From NCBI GenBank assembly GCA_003518365.1, contig DOYU01000021.1, positions 492-64,491 on the forward strand: 64,000 nt of DNA. Reading direction: 5' to 3'. The notes under the pieces were generated by a model. It saw only the letters and a program-made list of their open reading frames with translations, was not told the DNA's origin and searched no databases. This document shows positions 27,988 to 37,283 of this stretch, piece by piece; within the stretch, counting starts at the first letter, position 1, and every line of letters starts with the position of its first letter. The stretch comes from Candidatus Magasanikiibacteriota bacterium. GTDB lineage: Bacteria > Patescibacteriota > Patescibacteriia > Magasanikbacterales > UBA922. Position numbers and translations under genes: made by a program.

Positions 27988-29219
27988 ATATGCACAGCCC
28001 TCTTTCTTCAATTCAACAACTACAATCAATATTAAGTAGTCCTTCGAAAAAAATCGGATTCCTTTTTGGGGCTGGAATTTCAATGGAAAAAAAAGATAAG
28101 AGTGATTTGGTGGTAGGAACTGATGACAAAAAAGATGAGAACGGTAATGTAATAAAAGAAGGAATGACAAGTCTCGCAATTAAAAATTTATCAGAGGAAC
28201 AAAAAAAAGCTGTAGATTTAATAAAGAATGAGGTTGAAACAGAAAATAAAAAATTTAACATCGAAAGTCTCTTATCAAAAATTTCTGAAAAAGAAAGAGC
28301 TGTTGGCGATCAAGAGCTTTGTGGTTTAACAAAAGAAAAATTATTAAATTTGAGAAAGGATATACAGGATAAAATAAGAGATTTGGTTTCCGTACATAGG
28401 GTGGATGATAAAGAAATTGATATTGAGGCATTAAATCACAGCACATTTGCTCAATGGATTAGTAATGCTGATAGAGAATTCTCAGTAGAAATTTTTACAA
28501 CAAATTACGATTATCTACTAGAACTAGCACTTGAAAAACAAGGAATTCCCTATTTCGATGGTTTTGTGGGTAGTTATGAAGCATTTTTTTGCCCTGAATG
28601 GATTGAAGATGACACGCCTGTCAAAAATTGGGTAAAGCTATGGAAATTACATGGTTCACTTGGTTGGGCACAGAATAGTAAAAAAGAAATAATTAGAACA
28701 TCTGGTAATACCGGTGCGGCGATGATATACCCTTCATTTTTGAAATATGACCATTCCAAAAAACAGCCATACTTGAGCTATATGGATAGATTGTCCGATT
28801 TTTTAAAGCAAGAAGATTCTGTCTTATTTGTTTGTGGTTATTCATTTGGAGATGAACATATAAATGAAATAATTTTGACAGCACTTACGCACTCTCGCTC
28901 ATCACATGTATTTGTGTTGAAAAATGGAGAAATGGAAAAATCTAGCCATCTTTCAAAAGAAATTGCACAAAAAAATTCTAGAATTTCAGTTTATGCAAAA
29001 CGTACCTGTATTATTGGAGGTAAATTTGGAGAATGGAAGCTCGATAGAGAACCAGACAGAAATGAATCCTACAACATATTAGATTATGCTTTTGATGAAG
29101 ACGCTACACCTGATGGAGTACCATGGACAGGAAGAGGTGATTTTCGTCTTGGAGACTTTAAAAAATTTACGGAGTTTTTAGAGCTTTTCTACCATAATTC
29201 GAGATATATCAATAAATGA
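27984..29219 (+). CDS. SIR2-like (SIR2_2 family) NAD+-binding defence protein
   Basis: GFLFGAGIS, FTTNYDYLLE and KLHGSLGW motifs. ORF track start at 27921 trimmed to the ATG at 27984, which overlaps the DUF2779 stop. Confidence 0.8.
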   Translation: MNMHSPLSSIQQLQSILSSPSKKIGFLFGAGISMEKKDKSDLVVGTDDKKDENGNVIKEGMTSLAIKNLSEEQKKAVDLIKNEVETENKKFNIESLLSKISEKERAVGDQELCGLTKEKLLNLRKDIQDKIRDLVSVHRVDDKEIDIEALNHSTFAQWISNADREFSVEIFTTNYDYLLELALEKQGIPYFDGFVGSYEAFFCPEWIEDDTPVKNWVKLWKLHGSLGWAQNSKKEIIRTSGNTGAAMIYPSFLKYDHSKKQPYLSYMDRLSDFLKQEDSVLFVCGYSFGDEHINEIILTALTHSRSSHVFVLKNGEMEKSSHLSKEIAQKNSRISVYAKRTCIIGGKFGEWKLDREPDRNESYNILDYAFDEDATPDGVPWTGRGDFRLGDFKKFTEFLELFYHNSRYINK

Positions 29220-29220
29220 C

Positions 29221-30999
29221 ATGAGAAATAAAGAGACATTTATAGGTAAAGTGAGAAGTGTCACAGGTAGTACGCTTGCTATTGAGTTACACGAAGATAT
29301 TAGATCAACGTTACCTATTATTGATGGGATATTATATAGAATTGGACAAATTGGTTCTTTTATAAGAATTCCTTTTGGTTATGTTGATTTATATGGAGTA
29401 ATTACACAAGCTGGATCAGACGCTATACCAGAAAAATTAGCGGAGCAAGAGGGTTTGAAAGGATCTCGCTGGATTAAGGCTACTCTTATTGGAGAAAGGG
29501 TCGGTAATAGATTTGAAAGAGGGGTGTTGCAATTTCCTATTGCTGATGACGAAGTTCATTTGGTCACGAAGGATGATTTGGAATTGATATATGGTGGAAT
29601 TGATGAATCAAAGTCAATAGTAGTTGGACAGGTCAGTGCCTCTGAAAATCTGTCAGCAAGAATAGATATAGACAGATTAATTAATAGACATTGCGCCATA
29701 CTTGGCTCTACAGGAAGTGGAAAATCAAATACAGTTTCTGTAATACTAGAAGCAATTGCTTCTAGACATCATGATGATGAAAATATAAAAAGTACGAGAA
29801 TTCTTTTGGTCGACCCTCATGGTGAGTATGGCGATATTTTAAAAAATTATAGTCAAATATTTAAGTTAGGAGCAGACTTGTCAAAAGGAGAAAAAGAACT
29901 AGTTGTTCCATATTGGGCTTTACCTTTTCAAGAATTTATAAAAAGTTTTCCAGGTAATCTAACTGAAAAGCAGGAAGAGTACATACGTGAAGAAATTCTA
30001 CAAAGAAAGATTAAGGCTTCTAAAAAATTAAATCCTATTCCACAAGAGGAGGCAATTACAGCTGATAGCCCTATCCCTTTCAGTATTAAACAACTATGGT
30101 TTGACCTTATTGATATAGAGCAAAAAACTTTTAATAACAAGGAGTTAACCGAAGTCGCACTCGAATCACTAGGCGATCCTGAGGCACTTAAGCCTAACAA
30201 ATACTCCATAGCGTCAACAAATAATACAGCCCCTTTCAGTAATAACAGGGTTGCGCAGGGTATTTCAAGTTTTTTAAACTTAATGCGGAATAGAATTTTA
30301 GATCAAAGATTTAAGTTTTTATTCAAACTAGACACGCTCTCTCCTGGTATTGACGGAACTATTTCAAGTGATTTAGACAGTCTCATTGAAAGTTGGATTG
30401 GGACAGAGAAACCAATAACTATTTTAGACCTATCGAGTATACCCTCTGAAATCATGGGTTCAATTTCTGGTTCTTTGCTTTCAATAATTTATGAATTTCT
30501 ATATTGGGGACAGAATGAAGATGTGGGAGGTCGCCAAACACCTATTCTGTTTGTACTAGAAGAGGCACATAATTATCTAAAGTCAGGCGAGAATTCTATT
30601 GCCTCAAGAACTGTACAAAAAATTGCAAAAGAGGGTAGAAAATATGGTTCAGGTTTACTACTCGTAACCCAACGACCTTCTGAACTGGATGATACTGTTT
30701 TGAGTCAATGTGGTTCAGTTATCGCGTTGAGAATGACAAATTCTAGCGATAGAGGCCACGTAAAGAGTGCTGTCGAGGATTCCCTAAACGAGTTAGTTGA
30801 TTTGCTTCCGAGCCTAAGAACAGGTGAAGGTTTAATTATGGGTGAATGTGTAAAATTACCTATGCGAACTAAATTTTCTAAAACTAGGGAATCTAAAAGT
30901 ACAGACCCACTTGTTTCTAAGCAGTGGAAAACAACTCTTCCAGAATCCTCTAACTATAATAAAGTTTTAGAAAATTGGAGAAATAATAAATTTTCTTAA
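29221..30999 (+). CDS. HerA-like (DUF87/FtsK-HerA) ATPase; partner of SIR2 (SIR2-HerA/Nezha-type defence)
   Basis: Walker A AILGSTGSGKSN, Walker B ILFVLEEAHNY, N-terminal HAS-barrel-like region. The ATG at 29221 is 1 nt after the SIR2 stop. Confidence 0.8.
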   Translation: MRNKETFIGKVRSVTGSTLAIELHEDIRSTLPIIDGILYRIGQIGSFIRIPFGYVDLYGVITQAGSDAIPEKLAEQEGLKGSRWIKATLIGERVGNRFERGVLQFPIADDEVHLVTKDDLELIYGGIDESKSIVVGQVSASENLSARIDIDRLINRHCAILGSTGSGKSNTVSVILEAIASRHHDDENIKSTRILLVDPHGEYGDILKNYSQIFKLGADLSKGEKELVVPYWALPFQEFIKSFPGNLTEKQEEYIREEILQRKIKASKKLNPIPQEEAITADSPIPFSIKQLWFDLIDIEQKTFNNKELTEVALESLGDPEALKPNKYSIASTNNTAPFSNNRVAQGISSFLNLMRNRILDQRFKFLFKLDTLSPGIDGTISSDLDSLIESWIGTEKPITILDLSSIPSEIMGSISGSLLSIIYEFLYWGQNEDVGGRQTPILFVLEEAHNYLKSGENSIASRTVQKIAKEGRKYGSGLLLVTQRPSELDDTVLSQCGSVIALRMTNSSDRGHVKSAVEDSLNELVDLLPSLRTGEGLIMGECVKLPMRTKFSKTRESKSTDPLVSKQWKTTLPESSNYNKVLENWRNNKFS

Positions 31000-31010
31000 T
31001 TATTAAACAT

Positions 31011-31223
31011 ATGGAAAGAAAACCAGTACAATCATCAAATCTTGCTGCTATTGGATATGATCCTTTGACAGAAACTTTGGAGGTGGAATTCACAGATGGG
31101 TCTGTCTATGAGTATAAGAACGTCTCTCAATTTATATACGATGAGCTGATGAATGCTTCGTCTCATGGTTCTTATTTTAATAGAGAAATCAGTAAAAGTT
31201 TTCCGTATGAGAAAATAGGTTAA
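31011..31223 (+). CDS. KTSC-domain protein (70 aa)
   Basis: SSNLAAIGYDPLTETLEVEFTDGSVYEYKNVSQFIYDELMNASSHGSYFNREI is the canonical KTSC domain. Confidence 0.75.
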   Translation: MERKPVQSSNLAAIGYDPLTETLEVEFTDGSVYEYKNVSQFIYDELMNASSHGSYFNREISKSFPYEKIG

Positions 31224-31235
31224 ATATGAAATAGG

Positions 31236-31290
31236 ATTGTTTGAGGGAGGGGCAATTCTCCTTTTTGATTCCCCTCTTCCCCCTCCCCCA
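31236..31290. repeat. G/C-rich inverted repeat TTGAGGGAGGGG...CCCCTCTTCCCCCTCCCCC at the island's distal edge
   Basis: GAGGGAGGGG pairs with CCCCTCTTCCCCCTCCC around an AATTCTCCTTTTTGATT loop. Terminator-like, and compositionally similar to the GAGGGG/CCCCTC motifs at 5504 and 38741. Confidence 0.45.
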
Positions 31291-31401
31291 AACCAGAAAT
31301 AGAAGTTTTGAATGAATAGAATTAATTGGATACAATTGGACGTAGTTAATATATCCAAAAACCAATAATCTGTTATACTTTCATAGAAGTATCATTCTCA
31401 C

Positions 31402-33249
31402 ATGAAACATTCAACATTCCACTATCATCTATCACGTATGACCCTCCTCTTTCTCATACTGATCCCCATCCTCATCATTATTGTGGGGATGTATGTTTTC
31501 TTTTGGAAAAACGCTGTACCAACAGGAGAACAATTTGTGACCGTATGCTCGGATGAAGATGTGTCGTGCCACCCGACGAATCTCCCGTATCAAGATGCAA
31601 CACTTCCGACTCAGGAACGAGTTGTTGATTTGCTCGGCAGGATGACTCTGGCAGAAAAAATAGGACAAATGGCACTTGTTGAAAAAAATAGTATTAAAAA
31701 CAACAATGACATTGCAACGTATGGACTTGGTGCCATTATGAGTGGTGGTGGAGGAAAACCCACTGACAATAGTCCTACAGGTTGGAAAGACATGATACAG
31801 TCATTTCAAACAAAGAGCCAAACAACACGTCTTCAAATTCCCCTCTTGTATGGCGTGGATGCAAATCATGGACATGGCAATGTACCAGGAGCAACAATTT
31901 TTCCACACGCTATCGGACTTGGCGCGACAAACAACGCGGAACTCGTAAAAAATATTGCAAAAGCAACCGCACAAGAAGCAGAAGCGACTGGCGTTAATTG
32001 GATATTTTCTCCAAATCTTGACGTGACAAACGATGTCAGATGGGGACGAACGTATGAGACGTTTGGTTCAAACACAGAAACCATCGCTAAACTTGGACAA
32101 GCATCTATAGAAGGTATGAACACGGTGCCGACGATGCTTGCGGGCGCAAAACACTTTATCGGGAATGGTGCGACCGAGTGGGGATCATCTGAAAACAAAA
32201 ATTTTTTTATCGACCAAGGCAATGCTTCTGTATCTGAAGAAGAATTGCGAAAGACGCATCTGATACCCTTTATCTCCGCCATTGATGCTGGAGCCAAATC
32301 AATTATGATTGGTCTCAATCAATGGAACAATGAAAAAATTATATTTCACACATATCTTATACAGGATGTATTAAAAGGTAAGCTTGGATTTGACGGATTT
32401 GTCTTCTCAGACTGGTATGGCGTATACGAGGGGGAATCAAATAAATCAACAGCACTCATCAGTGCCATCAATGCTGGCGTAGATATGGTGATGCTTCCCT
32501 ATGATTACACACAATTCTCTCGTATCATGCACCGCGCCGTACAAAATGGCGATATTTCAGAAGCACGGATTGATGATGCTGTGACGAGAATTCTCACGGT
32601 AAAATTTGATAAAGGACTTTTTGATACAACACCAACAAACGTCTCAGACCTCGACATCGTCGGATCAAAAGAACACAAAGATCTTGCACGAATTGCAGTA
32701 CAACAATCTCTGGTGTTGTTAAAAAATAAGAACGTCCTTCCCCTCTCTAAAAAAGTGAATTCCATATTTATAGCAGGATCGAGCGCAGATAATATTGGAA
32801 GACAATCTGGTGGGTGGACAGTAGAGTGGTCTGGTATTGATGGAAATTGGATCCCCGGAACGACGATATTGGAAGGAATAAAAAACACCGTATCCCCTAC
32901 CACGAATATTCAATATGACATGCAGGGATCATTTCCAACACAAACAGAAAAAGCAGATGTTGGTATTGCGATTGTAGGAGAAATGCCGTATGCAGAAGGC
33001 TGGGGAGACAATGCACACCCATCACTTTCTGAAGAAGATATCAATACTATTGAAGCATTGAAAGCACAGAGTAAAAAAATTGTAGTGATTATTGTTTCTG
33101 GTCGTCCGCTTGATATTGCCCCATATATTGACGAGTGGGATGCCGTTGTGGCCGTATGGCTTCCTGGTTCTGAAGGAATGGGAATTGCAGATGTTCTGTT
33201 TGGAGATGTTTCATTCACAGGGAAACTTCCTATTGAGTGGACATGGTAA
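31402..33249 (+). CDS. glycoside hydrolase family 3 (beta-glucosidase / beta-hexosaminidase-like) with N-terminal TM anchor
   Basis: GH3 N-domain motifs GVDANHGHGN and GFDGFVFSDWYGV (nucleophile Asp), C-domain GKLPIEW. TM MTLLFLILIPILIIIVGMYVFFW. Confidence 0.8.
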   Translation: MKHSTFHYHLSRMTLLFLILIPILIIIVGMYVFFWKNAVPTGEQFVTVCSDEDVSCHPTNLPYQDATLPTQERVVDLLGRMTLAEKIGQMALVEKNSIKNNNDIATYGLGAIMSGGGGKPTDNSPTGWKDMIQSFQTKSQTTRLQIPLLYGVDANHGHGNVPGATIFPHAIGLGATNNAELVKNIAKATAQEAEATGVNWIFSPNLDVTNDVRWGRTYETFGSNTETIAKLGQASIEGMNTVPTMLAGAKHFIGNGATEWGSSENKNFFIDQGNASVSEEELRKTHLIPFISAIDAGAKSIMIGLNQWNNEKIIFHTYLIQDVLKGKLGFDGFVFSDWYGVYEGESNKSTALISAINAGVDMVMLPYDYTQFSRIMHRAVQNGDISEARIDDAVTRILTVKFDKGLFDTTPTNVSDLDIVGSKEHKDLARIAVQQSLVLLKNKNVLPLSKKVNSIFIAGSSADNIGRQSGGWTVEWSGIDGNWIPGTTILEGIKNTVSPTTNIQYDMQGSFPTQTEKADVGIAIVGEMPYAEGWGDNAHPSLSEEDINTIEALKAQSKKIVVIIVSGRPLDIAPYIDEWDAVVAVWLPGSEGMGIADVLFGDVSFTGKLPIEWTW

Positions 33250-33262
33250 ACAGTGTTTTTCT

Positions 33263-33793
33263 ATGCCAACAATAACTTTCAAAACAACACTCCTCACCAT
33301 TGGCTCATGGACTATTCTTCGATTGCCAAAACAGGCAAGCGCGAAACTCCCCTCTCGCGGCATGTGTATGGTGGAAGGAAAAATCAATGATGTGCCATTT
33401 CAGACACCACTCGAACCAGATGGTGAAGGTAGTCATTGGTTTCGTGTCGATGCCACACTGGCAAAGAAAGCTGGTGTGCATGCAGGTGACACCGTCACAC
33501 TCGCAATCGAACCAATGAAAGAATGGCCAAACCCAACGGTGCCAGCAGATCTAAAAAAAGCACTTGCTACGAATAAAAAGGTTGCGCAAGTGTGGGAAGA
33601 CATCACACCAATCGCGCGCTGGGACTGGATCAGATGGATCCGTTCGACAAACAATGCCGACACACGAAAAAAACGCATCGACGTGGCATGCTCGAAAATG
33701 ACAAGTGGCATGAAGAGACCGTGCTGCTTTAACCGCAGCATGTGCACCGAACCGAAGGTGTCGAAAAGCGGTGTGCTACTCGACATAAAGTAA
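33263..33793 (+). CDS. DUF1905 + YdeI/OmpD-associated domain protein
   Basis: ITFKTTLLTIGSWTILRLP...GKINDVPFQTPLEPDGEGSHWFRVDATLAKKAGVHAGDTVTLAIE (DUF1905), then PADLKKALATNKKVAQVWEDITPIARWDWIRWIRSTNNADTRKKRI (YdeI-like). ORF track start at 33092 trimmed. Confidence 0.65.
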   Translation: MPTITFKTTLLTIGSWTILRLPKQASAKLPSRGMCMVEGKINDVPFQTPLEPDGEGSHWFRVDATLAKKAGVHAGDTVTLAIEPMKEWPNPTVPADLKKALATNKKVAQVWEDITPIARWDWIRWIRSTNNADTRKKRIDVACSKMTSGMKRPCCFNRSMCTEPKVSKSGVLLDIK

Positions 33794-33966
33794 TGCTTGA
33801 CTTTTGCCAAGCACTTCGATAGAGTATATTCACTATGAATCGACGAGCATACACAACATTTGTACCGCCAACCTACACTTCTCCCCCGGGTGTATAGATA
33901 TTTTTGTATCAAACTGTTACTAAGCACCCGATCGGGTGCTTTTTCTTACTTCTCTTATATTCATCT

Positions 33967-35148
33967 ATGAAGACTGAACAAAAAAACAATGTCCTCACCT
34001 CCCTCGCCACATTACTCCGAGAGCAAACGGATGCCATCTTACACGCCAATACACAGGATCTCGACAATGCGTCTGATATGGATACAGCATTGCGCGAGAG
34101 ATTGGCACTCGATGCTACAAAAATTCAAAGCATGATTACGTCGATTCACACCATTCTGACACTGCCAGATCCTGAACAAAAAATCATTTCTGCATACACG
34201 CATGACAATGGCCTCGTGATAAAAAATATGACTGTGACTTTTGGCACGATCTTGATTATCTATGAATCACGTCCGGATGTGACGATAGAGGCATCCGCGC
34301 TCGCCTTCAAAGCAGGCAACACGGTACTGCTGAAAGGTGGAAAAGAATCTCTCCATACCAATCTCGCTCTCATCGATCTCTGGCACAAAGCATTGTCTAT
34401 ACATGATATTGATACGTCATATGTAACATATCTCGATATGGACAGAGATGACACGCAATCACTCATTGCAAACAACACACATGATGTTGATCTCATCATT
34501 CCACGCGGCGGCGAAGGGTTGATTTCGTTTGTAGAAACACATGCAAGCGTGCCAGTCCTCGTGAGTGGGCGCGGCAACAATTTTCTCTATCTTGATAGTG
34601 ACGCGGATATCGACATGGCAATTGATATTATAAAAAACGGAAAATCGCGCATAAGCGTGTGCAATGCACTTGATAAAGTATTGATCAATGAGCAGGTGTC
34701 TGACGAACATATCCGCATGATCACATCCACAGTGCATGATGCTGGCATTGCGCTCCTCGGCGACGAACACATTGTAGCAATTGATGAACGCGTGATGCGC
34801 GTCGAAGATATGGAAGCAATTCTCAAAAAAGAATTTCTTTCTGCGACGCTCTTTCTTCACGTGGTAGACACTCTCGACACAGCAATATATATGATCAATA
34901 CCTATTCTGGCGGACATTCAGCAAGCATCGTCTCAAACAATGCTGCACACGCGGACACATTTCAACAGCAGGTTGACTGTGCTGCCGTCTATCACAATGC
35001 ATCATCGCGTTTTACGGATGGCGGACAATTTGGACTTGGTGGAGAAATCGCAATCAGTACTCAAAAGCTCCACTGTCGTGGTCCCATCGGACTCGATAGT
35101 CTTGTGACAAATAAATGGTTCATCACTGGAACCGGACAAATTAGATAA
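33967..35148 (+). CDS. proA: gamma-glutamyl phosphate reductase
   Basis: LLKGGKES, CNALDKVLI (catalytic Cys). Length 394 aa. Start trimmed to MKTEQKNN at 33967. Confidence 0.85.
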   Translation: MKTEQKNNVLTSLATLLREQTDAILHANTQDLDNASDMDTALRERLALDATKIQSMITSIHTILTLPDPEQKIISAYTHDNGLVIKNMTVTFGTILIIYESRPDVTIEASALAFKAGNTVLLKGGKESLHTNLALIDLWHKALSIHDIDTSYVTYLDMDRDDTQSLIANNTHDVDLIIPRGGEGLISFVETHASVPVLVSGRGNNFLYLDSDADIDMAIDIIKNGKSRISVCNALDKVLINEQVSDEHIRMITSTVHDAGIALLGDEHIVAIDERVMRVEDMEAILKKEFLSATLFLHVVDTLDTAIYMINTYSGGHSASIVSNNAAHADTFQQQVDCAAVYHNASSRFTDGGQFGLGGEIAISTQKLHCRGPIGLDSLVTNKWFITGTGQIR

Positions 35149-35155
35149 CCGTATT

Positions 35156-35923
35156 ATGAAAAGAAAAAAAATCGTCCTCAAACTTGGCACATCGACCCTC
35201 ACAGCAGGCAGCACCCATATCTCGTATGGAAAACTGGAAGACATTGCAAGACAACTACTCGCCTTGCGTGACACGTATGATATTATCGTTGTTTCTTCTG
35301 GTGCGATCGCCACAGCAAAACAATTTGTGTCTCTCTCCGGCAATGGCAACACCGTTGAATTGAAGCAGGCACTCTCAGCGATTGGCCAGCCAAAATTGAT
35401 GAGTATGTATGACGAAGTGTTTGAAAAGTTTGGCTTACACATGGCGCAGTGTCTGCTCACAAATCGCGATATTGACCACGATGTCTCACGAACAAACATA
35501 AAAAATACGCTTGATGTGTTGCTTGCAAATGGATACACACCTATCATCAATGAAAATGATACAGTCGCCATCGAAGAAATTATGTTTGGTGACAACGATG
35601 CACTTGCTGCACACGTGGCCGTGATCGCCGAGGCAGACTTGGTCGTGCTTGCATCAGACGTGGATGGCTTGTATGATCGAAATATACACATAGATAAAGA
35701 TGCCATCCTTATCACCGAGGTGTCAGATTTGCAATCTGTCGAATCATACATTGGAGAAAGTACGACAACACTCGGCACCGGTGGCATGAGATCAAAATTA
35801 AAATCAGTTGAAATTTGTAGAAACGCGGGCATTGAAGTCTGGATTGTGAACGGTCAAAAACAAAACTTTCTTGTCGATGCACTCGAACATAAGATTCAAT
35901 TCACTACATTTACCACCACCTAA
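35156..35923 (+). CDS. proB: glutamate 5-kinase (short form without PUA domain)
   Basis: KRIVLKLGTSTLT, VVSSGAIA, amino-acid kinase fold. 255 aa. Confidence 0.85.
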   Translation: MKRKKIVLKLGTSTLTAGSTHISYGKLEDIARQLLALRDTYDIIVVSSGAIATAKQFVSLSGNGNTVELKQALSAIGQPKLMSMYDEVFEKFGLHMAQCLLTNRDIDHDVSRTNIKNTLDVLLANGYTPIINENDTVAIEEIMFGDNDALAAHVAVIAEADLVVLASDVDGLYDRNIHIDKDAILITEVSDLQSVESYIGESTTTLGTGGMRSKLKSVEICRNAGIEVWIVNGQKQNFLVDALEHKIQFTTFTTT

Positions 35924-35924
35924 T

Positions 35925-36692
35925 ATGAAACATGGATTTATTGGATTTGGGAATATTGCGCACGCCCTCCATGCAGGATTGCAAAAAAATCAAGACAACA
36001 CATTCAAATATATCTCAAAGAGTACGCCAAACGAGAATCTCGATGCGGCAAAGAATATTGGTGACCTCGCAGAATGGGCAGATGTGATTTGGCTTTGCGT
36101 GAAACCACAACAAGCAGCCGAGGTTCTCTCTGAACTGCGCGGCGCAGATCTCTCAAACACGATCGTTGTCTCCCCTATTGCCGGAGTAAAGATCTCAACA
36201 CTGCAAGAAACACTCGGCACAGATATGCCTCTTGTCAGAATTATGCCAAATCTTGCCTTGCAGTACGGACATTCTGTCACTGCGTTTTGTGCGAGTGAGA
36301 TGGATGATGATGTGAAAAAAGTGTACGTTGCACTCGAAACCATGGGCATTGTATTGCATCTGACTGAAGACAAATTTGATCTGTTCACTGCCCTGTTTGG
36401 CAGTGGCCCAGCATTTTTGCTCCGCGTGTTGAACGTCTTTCAAGAGCAAGCCATTGTCTTGGGAATTTCTGAGCAAGAAGCTGCATCACTGGTATTAACA
36501 TTACTGAAAGGGACTACTGCATATCTAGGTGAAAACAAAGAGCAAAGTATCACAGAACTCATTGCACAAGTCGCAAGTAAAGGCGGCGTGACAGAAGCTG
36601 GATTGCACTATTTTGATGACCATCATATAGCGCAGTCATTTCAAGATATGATCTCAATTGCAAAGGAACAATCTGCACGTCTGGGGACGTAA
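35925..36692 (+). CDS. proC: pyrroline-5-carboxylate reductase
   Basis: MKHGFIGFGNIAHAL (Rossmann), C-terminal dimerisation helix region. The ATG at 35925 directly follows the proB stop. Confidence 0.8.
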   Translation: MKHGFIGFGNIAHALHAGLQKNQDNTFKYISKSTPNENLDAAKNIGDLAEWADVIWLCVKPQQAAEVLSELRGADLSNTIVVSPIAGVKISTLQETLGTDMPLVRIMPNLALQYGHSVTAFCASEMDDDVKKVYVALETMGIVLHLTEDKFDLFTALFGSGPAFLLRVLNVFQEQAIVLGISEQEAASLVLTLLKGTTAYLGENKEQSITELIAQVASKGGVTEAGLHYFDDHHIAQSFQDMISIAKEQSARLGT

Positions 36693-36758
36693 TACATTAC
36701 CATTCTTTTGTCATGAACGACAAAGTGGTATATCATACGACATACATACACTATCACT

Positions 36759-37283
36759 ATGGCTGCAACGCAGGGAGATATCGAACAACTCTTCATGACA
36801 CTCTACGACACGTATCAAGATGCGATTTTTCGGCATTGCTATTTTCGTGTCTATCATCGAGAGATTGCAAAAGAGCTTGCGCAAGAAGCATTCATGAAGG
36901 TCTGGAACTATCTGCAAAAAGGAAATACACTCGAACACCCCAAAGCATTTCTCTATAAAATAGCGACAAACACAGTCATCGACTACCGGCGACGAAAAAA
37001 AGAACAATCACTGGAACAACTCCAAGACACAGGATTTCAAATCGCTGATACCGATCGAATGGAAGAAACCGTGGACGGGAATATGGCCATGGCACACCTC
37101 AGAGAAGTCCTCGACACGCTCGAAGACATCTATCGCGAAGCCTTTCTCTTACGCTATATCGAAGGATTGAAACCAAAAGAAATCGCCGTGATGACTGGCG
37201 AAACCGTGAATGTCATCTCAGTAAGAATCACAAGGGCAAAACGTCAGGTACAGCAGAAGATGAAACACATCCCAACGGTATGA
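36759..37283 (+). CDS. ECF-type RNA polymerase sigma factor (sigma-70 regions 2 and 4)
   Basis: LFMTLYDTYQDAIFRHCYFRV...AQEAFMKVW (region 2.1-2.2); LRYIEGLKPKEIAVMTGETVNVISVRITRAKRQ (region 4 HTH). Confidence 0.8.
   Translation: MAATQGDIEQLFMTLYDTYQDAIFRHCYFRVYHREIAKELAQEAFMKVWNYLQKGNTLEHPKAFLYKIATNTVIDYRRRKKEQSLEQLQDTGFQIADTDRMEETVDGNMAMAHLREVLDTLEDIYREAFLLRYIEGLKPKEIAVMTGETVNVISVRITRAKRQVQQKMKHIPTV

Noticed and set aside
21300-31400. Integrative element, such as a tRNA-Trp-targeting phage or ICE
   Set aside because: No integrase, recombinase, transposase or conjugation gene is present, and no direct repeat of the tRNA 3' end was found at the distal edge. I therefore called it a defence island, not a mobile element.
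33092-33262. Possible C-terminal truncation or pseudogenisation of the GH3 gene, with the ORF track joining its last 50 codons to the next gene in another frame
   Set aside because: GH3 is intact through the nucleophile motif and GKLPIEW and ends with a clean TAA at 33249. The next gene (DUF1905/YdeI) has its own start at 33263. GH3 enzymes vary in C-terminal domains, so I found no evidence for a frameshift.
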